Shown in pieces: positions 45,309 through 55,303 of a DNA stretch of 64,000 nucleotides (positions within the stretch are counted from its first letter, which is position 1; every line of letters starts with the position of its first letter). The DNA is from Nitrospirota bacterium. Lineage in GTDB: Bacteria > Nitrospirota > UBA9217. A program made the position numbers and the translations under genes. The notes beneath the pieces are model-generated. The model saw nothing but the letters and a program-made list of their open reading frames with translations, ran no database searches and was not told where the DNA came from. The stretch spans positions 1,408,001-1,472,000 of the forward strand of contig CAWCKW010000012.1 of assembly GCA_963796285.1 (NCBI GenBank), given 5' to 3'.

Positions 45309-45395
45309 TGGTGCCGAAGGGGGGACTCGAACCCCCACAGGATTGCTCCCACTGCGCCCTGAACGCAGCGCGTCTACCAGTTCCACCACTTCGGC
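45309..45395 (-). tRNA. tRNA-Leu(CAG)
   Basis: GCCGAAG/CTTCGGC acceptor stem with ACCA, D-loop TGGTAG, anticodon arm CTGCG-TTCAGGG-CGCAG, long variable arm, GTTCGAGTC. Confidence 0.97.
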
Positions 45396-45404
45396 ACGGG
45401 TGAC

Positions 45405-45433
45405 ATGATAAGGTGAAAGCCCTCGATTGTCAA
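45405..45433 (-). promoter_or_regulatory. sigma70 promoter of tRNA-Leu (probably also bamD-sirC)
   Basis: TTGACA-17 bp-TATCAT. Confidence 0.7.
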
Positions 45434-45544
45434 GGATGTTTTTATTTCTGTGACTGCAAAATTGCTCCGCGCATACTCATCTGTTAATGAATATCCGGGG
45501 ATGCTTTTTTGATGTCAGACGATCGACCAGACGCATTTATCCTG

Positions 45545-45610
45545 GTAGTCGCAGGCTTTAGCCTGAGTTTATACTGTATTGAAAACCCGCAAACTAAAGT
45601 TTGCGGCTAC
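45545..45610. repeat. GTAG-type REP doublet
   Basis: GTAGTCGC...GCGGCTAC with internal palindromes CAGGCT-TT-AGCCTG and CCGCAAACT-AA-AGTTTGCGG. Confidence 0.7.
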
Positions 45611-45676
45611 CTGTATGAATCTGGATTTTTGCAAAACCTCGCGTGCATACGTTATCGAATTTACCAGCCGACGTAC

Positions 45677-46900
45677 TTAGATAACGATCCCCCCTGCCAC
45701 CGGGTGTCCCGCGTGCTCCAGCACGAACCTGCCCATCTCGGGGATCTCTGCAAAGGCGTCCACAAGGACCGGCCTGTTTAGTTTGATCAGGACATCAGCG
45801 ATCTCCGCTGCCTTGATCTTGCGAGCGTCCTGCTCGATCACTTCGATGGTAGCCGGGTCGAAGCGCCGGTAGATCCTCTCGATAACGCCCTGTGCCTCCT
45901 GCGTGGCGCACCGAAAGGTGAGCGGAATGCCAAGTTCATAGTCTTTATCAATGAGCCAGAAGATGGTGGCGCGGACCGCGTCGGTTACCGCCGGCGTCGG
46001 TTTGTCGACAAGGACATCGCCCCGCTTCACAGGAGGACCTTGAAAGCGAATGCCTATGCAGTGCCCTGCTTCGGCCTGGGGCATGTCATTCTGCATGAAT
46101 TTTTTTACCTCGACAACGATGCCGGCCGCCTTTTGAGGGAAAACATGGACGTTCTGCCCTCTCCTGATTGTTCCCGACTCGACACGTCCTACAACAACGG
46201 ATTGTCCGTCGACGTGATAGATATCCTGCACCGGGAAACGAAGGTCCTTGTCCTCTGCCGTGACAAGGGAGAAGCTGTCCAGCGCCTCCAGGACAGTGGG
46301 GCCGTCGAACCAGGATAACTGTTCGGATCTTGTTGCCACATTCTCCCCCCGCTGCGCGGAAATGGGAAGAACATGGGTGGGCGTGATCTTCAGCTGGCCC
46401 AGCGCGGTCTCTATCTCGCCCTTGATGGCACGGAAGCGGGCTTCGGAATAGGCAACGGCATCCATCTTGTTGACAAGGACGGCTATCTGTTTGAACCCGA
46501 GCAACCCCAGGATGAAGCAGTGACGCAGCGTCTGCTCCCTGATGCCTTCGGTGATGTCGACCAGGAGCAGCGCGGCCTCGGCCTGGGAAGAACCGGTGAT
46601 CATGTTCTTGAGAAACTCCTTATGCCCCGGCGCGTCGATGATGACATACCTTCGCTTGGCCGTGCGGAAGAAGGTATGGGAGATATCGATGGTGATGCCC
46701 CTGTCGCGCTCCTCTTCGAGCTGGTCCATGACATAGGCAAATTCCATCACCTTGCCCTGGGCTTCCGACGCCTGCCGGAGGGCCTCCATCCTGTCCGGCG
46801 GCAGACAGCCGGTATCATAGAACAGCCGGCCGACGAGAGTGCTCTTGCCGTGGTCCACGTGGCCGGTAATGACAATGTGCATGGATCGTTCGTCAGTCAT
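45677..46900 (-). CDS. cysN: Sulfate adenylyltransferase GTPase subunit (no APS-kinase domain)
   Basis: GHVDHGKS, GITID, DAPGH, NKMD; adjacent to cysD. Confidence 0.85.
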   Translation of the reverse strand: MTDERSMHIVITGHVDHGKSTLVGRLFYDTGCLPPDRMEALRQASEAQGKVMEFAYVMDQLEEERDRGITIDISHTFFRTAKRRYVIIDAPGHKEFLKNMITGSSQAEAALLLVDITEGIREQTLRHCFILGLLGFKQIAVLVNKMDAVAYSEARFRAIKGEIETALGQLKITPTHVLPISAQRGENVATRSEQLSWFDGPTVLEALDSFSLVTAEDKDLRFPVQDIYHVDGQSVVVGRVESGTIRRGQNVHVFPQKAAGIVVEVKKFMQNDMPQAEAGHCIGIRFQGPPVKRGDVLVDKPTPAVTDAVRATIFWLIDKDYELGIPLTFRCATQEAQGVIERIYRRFDPATIEVIEQDARKIKAAEIADVLIKLNRPVLVDAFAEIPEMGRFVLEHAGHPVAGGIVI

Positions 46901-46909
46901 TGGTTCTCC

Positions 46910-47713
46910 TTACATGTATCCCAGTGAACGGAGCTTCTGCATGGTGTACACGTCTTCCTTGTCCTGTGCCCGCCCCGCGCGCTCCGAGGTGCTGGACGTT
47001 TCCAGTTCAATGATGATATCGTCCACGCTGGCGGCGTCGGAGTCAATGGGGCTGCAGCACGGCATGCAGCCGATGCTGCGGTACCGCTTCCCCCCCTTGC
47101 TCAGATACAGGTCGACGATGGGGATATTCTCTTGCTTCATGTACTTCCAGATGTCCAGCTCCGTCATGTGCAGCAGGGGGTGCACACGGACGTGATTGTC
47201 CTCGGCAGTTGTCGTCCGGTACTGCTCCCAGAGCTCCGCAGGCTGGTCCTTGTAGTTCCAGGAAAAATTCTCGTCCCGAGGCGAGAAAACGCGCTCCTTT
47301 GCCCGGATGCCGTGCTCATCCCGACGTATGCCGACAAGGACGGCCTGGAACCCTTCCCGTGCGATAATACTCTTGAGCGCGTTCGTTTTGAGTTCGTTGC
47401 AGCAGTCGAGCTTGGCGCCCGTGTTCGGCCCCATGCATTTGGCAATCTGCTCCTCGTTCTTTCCAACGATGAGGTTCAAGCCCCACTGCTTTGCATACTC
47501 CTCCCGAAAGCGATAGATCTCCGGAAACTTGTACGACGTATCTATGTGGATGACCGGGAATGGGACCTTCCCGAAAAAGGCCTTGCGGCACAACCAGAGC
47601 AGCGTGGTCGAGTCCTTGCCGATGGACCAGAGCATGGCCATGTTCTTGAAACGCGCATAGGCTTCTCGTATGATATAGATGCTTCTGTTCTCCAGATCGG
47701 TCAAATGATCCAT
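46910..47713 (-). CDS. cysD: Sulfate adenylyltransferase subunit 2
   Basis: WSIGKDS, GIRRDE..RAKERVFS, RVHPL, YRSIGC, ERAGR. Confidence 0.93.
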   Translation of the reverse strand: MDHLTDLENRSIYIIREAYARFKNMAMLWSIGKDSTTLLWLCRKAFFGKVPFPVIHIDTSYKFPEIYRFREEYAKQWGLNLIVGKNEEQIAKCMGPNTGAKLDCCNELKTNALKSIIAREGFQAVLVGIRRDEHGIRAKERVFSPRDENFSWNYKDQPAELWEQYRTTTAEDNHVRVHPLLHMTELDIWKYMKQENIPIVDLYLSKGGKRYRSIGCMPCCSPIDSDAASVDDIIIELETSSTSERAGRAQDKEDVYTMQKLRSLGYM

Positions 47714-47906
47714 ACGGTATCCTTTCACATCAGGCGATTACGCCTCTACCATCGACAGTACATTGTCAATCTTTTCTATGCTGAAAGACAAGACATTGTC
47801 ACATAAAGAGAGAAATTCAAGATTTAAAATTCAAGATGCAAAACTTGGCGTCCTTTGCGTCTTTGCGAGAGACGCCTTTGACACTGCCTTGTTATTTTTC
47901 CCCCGA

Positions 47907-49272
47907 CTAGGACGCAGTCATCCGCTCAAGCAGAATGCGTGCCAGTCCCTCGATATGCATCCGTTCATTGGGCTGCTGCGCCTCCGGCAGGATGCAGTGG
48001 GCATCTGCGCGGGTATGCATGCCCGCAAAATTGCCTTTGCCGAAGATCTCCTGCTTCTTGAGCGACCCCTTCAGGTCGTATCCGTCATGCGGCAGACAGA
48101 CCAGATCAGGCGCGCGGTCACCCGCCGGTCCCGGATACAGGTCGACGCCATCATAGACGGCCTTGATCACTGAATTTCCTTTTTCGTCTTTAAACGAATT
48201 CCAGCGCTGCTCGTATCCGGGAGAGAACTTCGTTCTTCGCCGATGCCTTCACAGACCCCCGGGGATACTTGTTCTCAAAGTTGACGTAGATCCGCGCGGG
48301 GTCCATGGCAAAGGCCTGCGTCCCCGTGTTGATCTGCTCATAATACTCACGGACGGGATCGAGCGTGAGCAGCCCCTGCTGCTTGAGCCAGGCATTGATA
48401 TATACTTCCTGTTTGAGCACGGTGAACCCGTGGTCCGACAACGTCAGGAAGAGTCCCTTGCCATCCGTGATCTCCATGAACCGCTCATAGAGCCTCCCGA
48501 TGATGCTGTCCATCTGTTGATAAAAGGAGCGGAACACGTCGTAGCGGGGGTGCTTCGCGTCCTGCGCCGCGTCATAGAAAAAATGATGCAGCCGGTCCGT
48601 CTCGGTGATGACGCCGATGAAGAGGTCCCAGGGCTCGTGCGTCAGAAAGTGCTCGAACGCCTCTGCCCGCTTTTCCAGCGCCAGGAACAGTTCCCGAAAG
48701 AACGCGTCCTGCTGGTCCACGGCCTTGTTGGAATCTACGTCGGGAAGATAGCCCATGGAACTCAGATAGGTGTATGCCGTCTCGGGATAGGTGCCTTTCC
48801 GGAAGTCGGGGCACACGAATCCCGCTGTCAGGATCCCGTTCAGAGGCCGCGCCGGATAGGTCTGGGGGATGTTCAGGACAATGGACCGCAGGGGGCTGCG
48901 CAATCTTGTCCGGAACTGTTCGTACAGCGTCGAGGTCTTGTTGTTCACGGTCTGCCCGATCATGTCCCAGATCGTAGGGGCCTGCACACTTCCGGAATTC
49001 GGGAACATAAGCTGGTATGTCCCCGGACGGAGGTCCATGAACCCGTAGATCCCGTGTTCGCCCGGATTTACGCCGGTCATAAAGGACGTCCACGACGTGG
49101 AAGAGACGTCTGGTATGGAAGCGTCCATCTGGTGCAGGCGAAATCCGGCTGACAGGATCTTTTGCACGTTCGGCAGGATCCCTTCCCGCAGATAGTCATT
49201 GAGCAGTGAATAGGGTACACCGTCAAGGCCGATGACACAGCATCTCTGGTTGTTGTTGACCGGTACGCTCAT
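47907..49272 (-). CDS. Alkaline-phosphatase-superfamily enzyme (type I phosphodiesterase-like; frameshift near 48190)
   Basis: IGLDG, WTSFMTGVNPGEHGIYGF, TDRLHH, SDHGF, APDL, GMH. Confidence 0.85.
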
Positions 49273-49310
49273 CTGTTCTCCTAACCCGGACAATCCGGAA
49301 CCAAACCTTT

Positions 49311-49418
49311 TTTGCCACAGAGTACACGGAGGTCACAGAGGGGAAATGAACGGAAAATATTTTAGCTATGAAATTACTTTCAGCCTTTCTCCGCGTGCTT
49401 TGTGACCTTTGTGGCAAA
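49311..49418. repeat. Palindromic element TTTGCCACAGAG...CTTTGTGGCAAA
   Basis: Inverted arms with 9-nt sub-repeats. Confidence 0.65.
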
Positions 49419-49456
49419 ATATTCTTGCCTTTTGAGTAGAATTTGTTCTTAACTTA

Positions 49457-51577
49457 CTACGCCCTCTTCTCGATCCTGCACAGCAGGCCCCTGAGCTGGT
49501 ACGAGCCGAAGGCCGGGTCGTACGGCGGCGCGTTGTTCGTGAGCACGTTCGCATTGGAGTCCCAGATCCCGTGCTCCGGCCCGTGCTTTTCCGGGAACCA
49601 CCAGCCGTGCTCGACATTGATGACGCCCGGCGTCATGTCCTCGGTGACCAGGGCCTTCATCATTATGCTCCCGCGTGGCGATGTTATCCGGACATCATCA
49701 CCCTGGCTGATCCCGTGCTTTGCGGCGGTCTGAGGATGGAGTTCCACCTGGGGATGCGGTCGCTGCTTCCTGAGCGACTGGATCTGCCGGTGCTCGCTGT
49801 GAAAGAACTCGCGCCGTCTGCTGCCCGTGGTGAGCACATAGGGATACTCTTCAGCGAGCTTCGGCGTCGAGACCGGGCTTTCAGGCGGCTCCTTAAAGGT
49901 CGGGAGAGGATCATATCCCATGCGCTCCAGCGACTTGCAATAGAGCTCTACCTTTTTCGACGGCGTCCTGAATCCCTTCTTCTCGAATTTCCGGTATTCG
50001 TGCGGCGGATAGTGGAAGACCTTCTCCTTAAGCTCATCATAGGTGATCCCGAGCGGCTCGAGCTGGTAGTTCATGACGTCCCGCAGGCTTTCCCCGCTGC
50101 CCGGCAGATCGAGCCGTTTTGCCAGCATGTCCATGATCCATTCATCCTGCCTGCACTCGGCGCGCTGGGTCATCTTGCGCTGGGCCATGACCATGTTCTC
50201 CACCACGAGGGGATAGCCGATCACCTGCTCCACCTCGGTTCCGAACGCGGCAGGCAGGACGTAGTCGGCAAGCTCGGCTGAGGGCGTCATGAACAGGTCC
50301 GTCGCCACCAGGAGGTCGAGCTTCTGCAGGCTTTCGTAGACCTCGCGGGAATTCGCCACCGTTGCCAACGGGTTGTTGCCGAAGAGCAGCAGGGCGCGTA
50401 CTCGATAGGGATCGCCGGTCCTCATGGCCTTGAACAGGGCGGGAATGTGGGCTGACGGCATGAAGGCGCGCCACCCGCCGAGGAGTTTAAAGGTCTCGCC
50501 GCCGAGGCGCTTTTTCAACATGCCTTCCGGAAGCTTGTCCTTGAGCGTTGGATAGGCCCGGATGATGTTCATGCCCAGGATGTCGCCGCCGGGGACATCG
50601 ATGTTGCCGGTGATGGCCCGCAGGATCGCCAGCGCCCTTACCGTCTGGAGGGAGTTGACGTTCTGCTCGATGGCAAGCCCCCAGTCGAGGATCGCCGGCT
50701 TGTTCAAGGCGTAGGTGCGGGCAGCCAGGACGATATCCGAAGACTTGACCCCGGTGATCTTCTCGGCCCACTCAGGCGTATAGCCGGCAACGTGTGACTT
50801 CAGTTCATCAAAACCGATGGTCCATTTCTCCACGAACTCCCGGTCATAGATGCTTTCCGTGATAATGACATGGACCATGGCCAGGGCCAGTGCCGCGTCC
50901 GTGCCGGGCCGTACGGGCAGCCACTGCTTGCAGCGTTTGGCAGTCTCGGATTTCCGCGGGTCCACGGCGATCCCGATGCTGCCCGAGTCCAGCGCGCGCT
51001 TGATGGCAATGGAGAGCTCGCCGTCGGGACTGGACACGATGGGGTTATGCCCCCAGAAGAGGATACACTTGGGATGCACCTGGCCGTAGTAGTCGCCCAC
51101 CACGAAACCGCCATAGGTCAGATTGCTCACGGTGATTCGCGGAATGAAGCAGTTGGCCAGACCAGGCTCGTACCAGTTCGGCGTGCCCAGGGCATTGGCA
51201 AACCGCACCACGTGCATGTAGTGGTGCCGTCCCGTGCCCTGGCCCAGGGCGATGGATTCCGGGCCGGTCTCTTTGCGGATCTCGTCCAGGCGGGAGGCGA
51301 TCCCGTCGATCGCCTCTTCCCAGGAGATCCGTTCCCATTCTCCCGCGCCGCGCCGGCCCTTTCTTCGCAGGGGGTGCTCCAGGCGGTCTGGATGGTTCGC
51401 GATCTCCGGCGATGCCAGACCTTTGACGCACATCCATCCCTGTGACATGGGCGAAGCCGTATCGCCTTTGATTTCCGTGACCTTGCCGTTCCTGATCGTA
51501 ACGATCGTCCCGCAACCGCCGTGGCAGATCCGGCATACGCTTCTCAATACCTGTTCCTGCTCATGCTGCTCCGTCAT
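49457..51577 (-). CDS. Mo/W-bis-PGD oxidoreductase, acetylene-hydratase-like subfamily, cytoplasmic
   Basis: CRICHGGC..C [4Fe-4S], HPDRL..PL, ISWEEA, GTPNW..LANC, PGTDAAL, DYVLPAA; no Tat signal. Confidence 0.85.
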   Translation of the reverse strand: MTEQHEQEQVLRSVCRICHGGCGTIVTIRNGKVTEIKGDTASPMSQGWMCVKGLASPEIANHPDRLEHPLRRKGRRGAGEWERISWEEAIDGIASRLDEIRKETGPESIALGQGTGRHHYMHVVRFANALGTPNWYEPGLANCFIPRITVSNLTYGGFVVGDYYGQVHPKCILFWGHNPIVSSPDGELSIAIKRALDSGSIGIAVDPRKSETAKRCKQWLPVRPGTDAALALAMVHVIITESIYDREFVEKWTIGFDELKSHVAGYTPEWAEKITGVKSSDIVLAARTYALNKPAILDWGLAIEQNVNSLQTVRALAILRAITGNIDVPGGDILGMNIIRAYPTLKDKLPEGMLKKRLGGETFKLLGGWRAFMPSAHIPALFKAMRTGDPYRVRALLLFGNNPLATVANSREVYESLQKLDLLVATDLFMTPSAELADYVLPAAFGTEVEQVIGYPLVVENMVMAQRKMTQRAECRQDEWIMDMLAKRLDLPGSGESLRDVMNYQLEPLGITYDELKEKVFHYPPHEYRKFEKKGFRTPSKKVELYCKSLERMGYDPLPTFKEPPESPVSTPKLAEEYPYVLTTGSRRREFFHSEHRQIQSLRKQRPHPQVELHPQTAAKHGISQGDDVRITSPRGSIMMKALVTEDMTPGVINVEHGWWFPEKHGPEHGIWDSNANVLTNNAPPYDPAFGSYQLRGLLCRIEKRA

Positions 51578-52566
51578 TGCACGGTCCTCCCCCGTTCCTG
51601 TCGCAGGACACCCCAGAGGAATCCAAGTCCCAGCGAGGCGGCCCTGATTGAAAGAAAAAAAGGCGAGAGCATGCCGACAACCGGGTCCCTTCTGACCGCA
51701 AGCAGAGCGAAGGGAGCCATGCTCAGACCGTACAGGAAGAGCGTGGCCGCCATCGGATATACGATGACCTTTGGCCAGAGCAGCATCGCCGGCAGCCAGC
51801 CGAGTGCCAGAAACAAAAAGAGGATCTGGAGCTTCAGCGTTTGCGGGGTATAGGAGTCCTTCATCATCTTATCGGGATATCTCCGGTAGACCACCATCCT
51901 CCAGTATCCCCGCCAGAACTTGAGCCGCGCGTAACTCCTGAGGGAATCGGGATGATTGAGATGATAGACCACGGCATCAGGGTTAAAGACCATCTTTCTT
52001 CCCATGCGGGAAAGTTTGTAGGAAAGCTCCGTGTCCTCGTTGTTCGCAACAGGAAAGGATTCATCGAACCCTCCGGCCTGTCTGAAAACGTCCGATCGGT
52101 ATGCAGCGGAGTAGGTGTCCACCATGTCTATTGATGCGGCGCGTTTGAGCAGCTCAAAGCGCTCCTCGAACTCCACCTGGGCGAATCGGGCGATGAGTGC
52201 GCGCTGGTTCGTCCTGTACGCCCCTTTGACCGCCACTACGTCGGGGTCGCCAAAGGGTTTTGTCATCTCAGCGATCCAACCCGTTGAAGGGACGCAGTCC
52301 GCGTCCGTAAAGAGGATGATCTCGCCGCGGGCTTCCCGCGCTCCATGGTTCCGCGCCGTTGCGGGGCCCCGGTTCAACTGGCGAAGGTATTTCACGGGAA
52401 ATGTTCTTACAATTTCGGCCGTGCCATCCCGCGAACCGTCGTCCACCACGATGACCTCATAGTCGGTCGCATCCATAGACTGGCCGGTAAGCGCGCCCAG
52501 ACAATCGCCAATGGTCTTCCCGGCATTGTAGGCCGGAACGATGACGGAATATTTCACGACGCTCAT
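51574..52566 (-). CDS. GT2 glycosyltransferase with C-terminal TMs
   Basis: SVIVPAYN, VDDGS, ARN.G, FTDAD, NEDTE. Confidence 0.9.
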   Translation of the reverse strand: MSVVKYSVIVPAYNAGKTIGDCLGALTGQSMDATDYEVIVVDDGSRDGTAEIVRTFPVKYLRQLNRGPATARNHGAREARGEIILFTDADCVPSTGWIAEMTKPFGDPDVVAVKGAYRTNQRALIARFAQVEFEERFELLKRAASIDMVDTYSAAYRSDVFRQAGGFDESFPVANNEDTELSYKLSRMGRKMVFNPDAVVYHLNHPDSLRSYARLKFWRGYWRMVVYRRYPDKMMKDSYTPQTLKLQILFLFLALGWLPAMLLWPKVIVYPMAATLFLYGLSMAPFALLAVRRDPVVGMLSPFFLSIRAASLGLGFLWGVLRQERGRTVQ

Positions 52567-52576
52567 GTCAGCTTCC

Positions 52577-54061
52577 TCACTTACAGCTCTTGCACGCTCC
52601 CTCAGTGCCCTTGACATCGGAACCTTTAATGAGGTACTTCAGGAACGTCCTGGCCGACTTCAGGTTCCGCTTCCTTTCCGAAGGGTCCATCAACGTCTGC
52701 TTTAATTTATAGAGCAGATAGCGGGGACGGAGATAGAACTCCCGTCGCGCGTGGTCGCAGAACCGTACCAGGTCTTCGGACGAGAGCGCCTCGGTCCGCA
52801 CCACGGTGTTGTGGAGCCCCGCGGGCGTGATCCATTTGGAAAAATCGTCAGTGGTGATCAGACCTCGCTCCCGGTACCAGCGGTAGGCCTCGGTGCCGGG
52901 GTAGACCATGATGGGGTAGAACTGGACCGTGTCGGGAGTGAGCTGTTTCGCAAGCTCCAACGTCTGTTCCATCGTTTCTTTCGTTTCTCCGGGATGGCCG
53001 ACCATGAAACAGCCATGTACGAGAATTCCGGCCTTCCGCGCGTCAGCCACGAATTGATGCATTTTCTCGATCGTCATCTTTTTCTTGATGTTTTCGAGCA
53101 ATAGTTTGCTGCCGCTCTCGAATCCGACACACATGCACCTGCAGCCGGCGGCCTTCATGACCTTCATGGCCTCGTAATCGAGGTCCGCCCGCGCGTTGAT
53201 GGACCAGGAGATCTTGATCCCCCGCCTGATGATCTCCTCGGAGATCTCGATGCACCGCTTTCGGATCGCCGCGAAGGTATCGTCTTCGAAGAAGATCGCC
53301 TTCACCCCGGGGAAATTCTTGACGATGTAGTCCATCTCATCCACCACGTTGGTCACACTCCGCAGCCGCACGCGGTGCCCCATCATGGTCTGGGGATACA
53401 CGCAAAAAATGCACTGGAACGGGCATCCCCTGCTTGTCGTGATCGTGACCATCGGGAAGAGGGCATTGGGATTAAAGTAGTTCTCGATGCGCAGGAACTT
53501 CCTGTACATTGCGCTTACAAAGGGTATCGCGTCGAGGTCATCGATAAACGGCCGCCCTGCTGTCTGGACGAAGGTTCCGTTCTCCCTGAGCGTCAACCCG
53601 GCCACCGTGCGGACATCCCCCTTCCGGCCCAGCGTCTCCGCGAGGTCAAGAAGGGTATTGTCGTATTCGCCCCGGGCAACGGCGTCCACGCGTTCGTTCA
53701 GGGCAAGCGTCTCCTCCGGCAGCGCGGAAACATGGGTGCCGACGAGGACCACGAAGGACTTCGGGAACGCATCCTTGAGCTGAGCGGCAATGCCCACGTC
53801 ATTGGCAATGCTCGGTGTGCTCGTGTCCACCACGATCAGGTCCGGCTGGAATCCCTGCGCGCGCTGAAGCACATACCCCATGTCACGGCCATCGGCCGGG
53901 GCGTCGATCAGGTCCACGCCGATGCCCCTGCTCTCGAGCAGACCCGCTGCGGAGGCGAGCCACAGGGGAAAATAGAGGGTGCCGCTTTTGGTCACCGCAG
54001 GGCTTCTCTGGGACCGGGAAAAATTTTTCAGGAACGGGGGATTCAGGAGCAGTACGTTCAT
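52577..54061 (-). CDS. B12-binding radical SAM protein (HpnJ/BchE-like)
   Basis: LLNPP, PLWLA, RGCPFQCIFC, FEDD, GFES. Confidence 0.88.
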   Translation of the reverse strand: MNVLLLNPPFLKNFSRSQRSPAVTKSGTLYFPLWLASAAGLLESRGIGVDLIDAPADGRDMGYVLQRAQGFQPDLIVVDTSTPSIANDVGIAAQLKDAFPKSFVVLVGTHVSALPEETLALNERVDAVARGEYDNTLLDLAETLGRKGDVRTVAGLTLRENGTFVQTAGRPFIDDLDAIPFVSAMYRKFLRIENYFNPNALFPMVTITTSRGCPFQCIFCVYPQTMMGHRVRLRSVTNVVDEMDYIVKNFPGVKAIFFEDDTFAAIRKRCIEISEEIIRRGIKISWSINARADLDYEAMKVMKAAGCRCMCVGFESGSKLLLENIKKKMTIEKMHQFVADARKAGILVHGCFMVGHPGETKETMEQTLELAKQLTPDTVQFYPIMVYPGTEAYRWYRERGLITTDDFSKWITPAGLHNTVVRTEALSSEDLVRFCDHARREFYLRPRYLLYKLKQTLMDPSERKRNLKSARTFLKYLIKGSDVKGTEGACKSCK

Positions 54062-55303
54062 TCGGTTACCTTTCGTGTGATAGCATCATATTGTTTCAAT
54101 TGATCGGACATGAATCCGAGCGTGCCCCGGAATTCAATGGCCCTCGTGGGACAGACCAGATAGCAGTACTGGCACCCGATGCATCCGCTGTCCCGCTTTT
54201 CGAGCTGCTCCGGCAGGGCCAGTCCTAGCGGACAGTAGTCTTTGCAGCGGGTGCAGCCGGCGCGGCATTTTTCAGCATGGAGGACAAAGCCCTCGAAGCG
54301 CATCTCGCCGGGGATGAAATTGTCCTGACGCAGGCCCGACCGGAACAACAGGTAGCCGAAGGCCCGTGTGGAGGCAAGGTAGGTGAAGAACCGGGTGTTC
54401 CGGACCGCGAGAAAGTATTTCTGTCTCTTTGGGCTGTGCACAAAGGAAACCAGCGGGTTGGCCTCGGGTTTCTTGAACGTCCTCGCTATGCCCTCCAGGG
54501 CCAGCTCATCGACGAACCGTTTGTGTTTACCGGTCAGCAGGCCCAGTTCTTCCGCGAGCTTGAGGGTCCTCACCTTGCGATAGTCAAAGCGCGCGGCCTT
54601 GCTGCACGCAAGGTCGATCAGGTACGGGTCCGTGCCGATCATGATGAACCCGGTGTTCACCGGCGTCCCCCGCGTGGGCCCCAGGCCTTCCATGGATATC
54701 AGGCCGTCAACGATGTGCAGGTGCGGTTTGAGGGCCTTGTTGATGTTCAGGATGTTTCGGGCAAGGCTCTGGTGCACCTTCTTCTTGTTCTCCTGGCCGA
54801 CGAGACAGCCCATCAGATTCTTGAGACAGACGCTCATGCCGTTCTCGAAGTGGGTCTTGACCTTCGGCATGTTGATGAGCATCGCGGCCTCGACACACTC
54901 CCGCGCAATGCCGGCCTTGATCCCATCCTCAAAATCGATCAGGACCTTCTCGGAATAGTTCAGGTCCTTTATTGCCACGCCGTAATGGTCCGCGAGCCTG
55001 TCCACCATGAGCCGGGAAATGACGTTGATGTTGCTTCGGTAAAAGCCGCTGTTGGTGCCCTCTCCGATGGTGATGTTGGAATACCCCGCATCCTTCAGAA
55101 ACCCGATCACCGCCCCGACAAGACGGAGGTCCGTGGTGTTCCCGGTCAGGGCGTTCATGTTGCTGTTGAGGTTCGGCTTCAGGAGAATGGGCGCCTTTTT
55201 GTCGCGGGGCAGCAGATCGCTGTACTTTTTCCCCAGGGTATCCATTGATCCCGGCCGTTATTGCCGCGATCTTCCGCGCTTGCAGGATATCAAATCTGAA
55301 CAT
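54058..55303 (-). CDS. DUF362 protein with C-terminal 4Fe-4S ferredoxin (start 55245, or 55303 with a frameshift)
   Basis: LLKPN, KVKTH, LKNLMG, EGLGP, DP..ID; CxxCxxxCP twice. Confidence 0.82.

Noticed and set aside
45677-46900. EF-Tu, EF-1alpha or SelB
   Set aside because: Adjacency to cysD and the motif pattern fit CysN.
49457-51577. True acetylene hydratase, or formate dehydrogenase / nitrate reductase
   Set aside because: The catalytic Asp13 equivalent is His; there is no Sec or FDH active-site motif, no Tat signal and no partner subunits.
52577-54061. Hopanoid biosynthesis (hpnJ)
   Set aside because: Only family-level resemblance; no shc or other hpn genes in the window.
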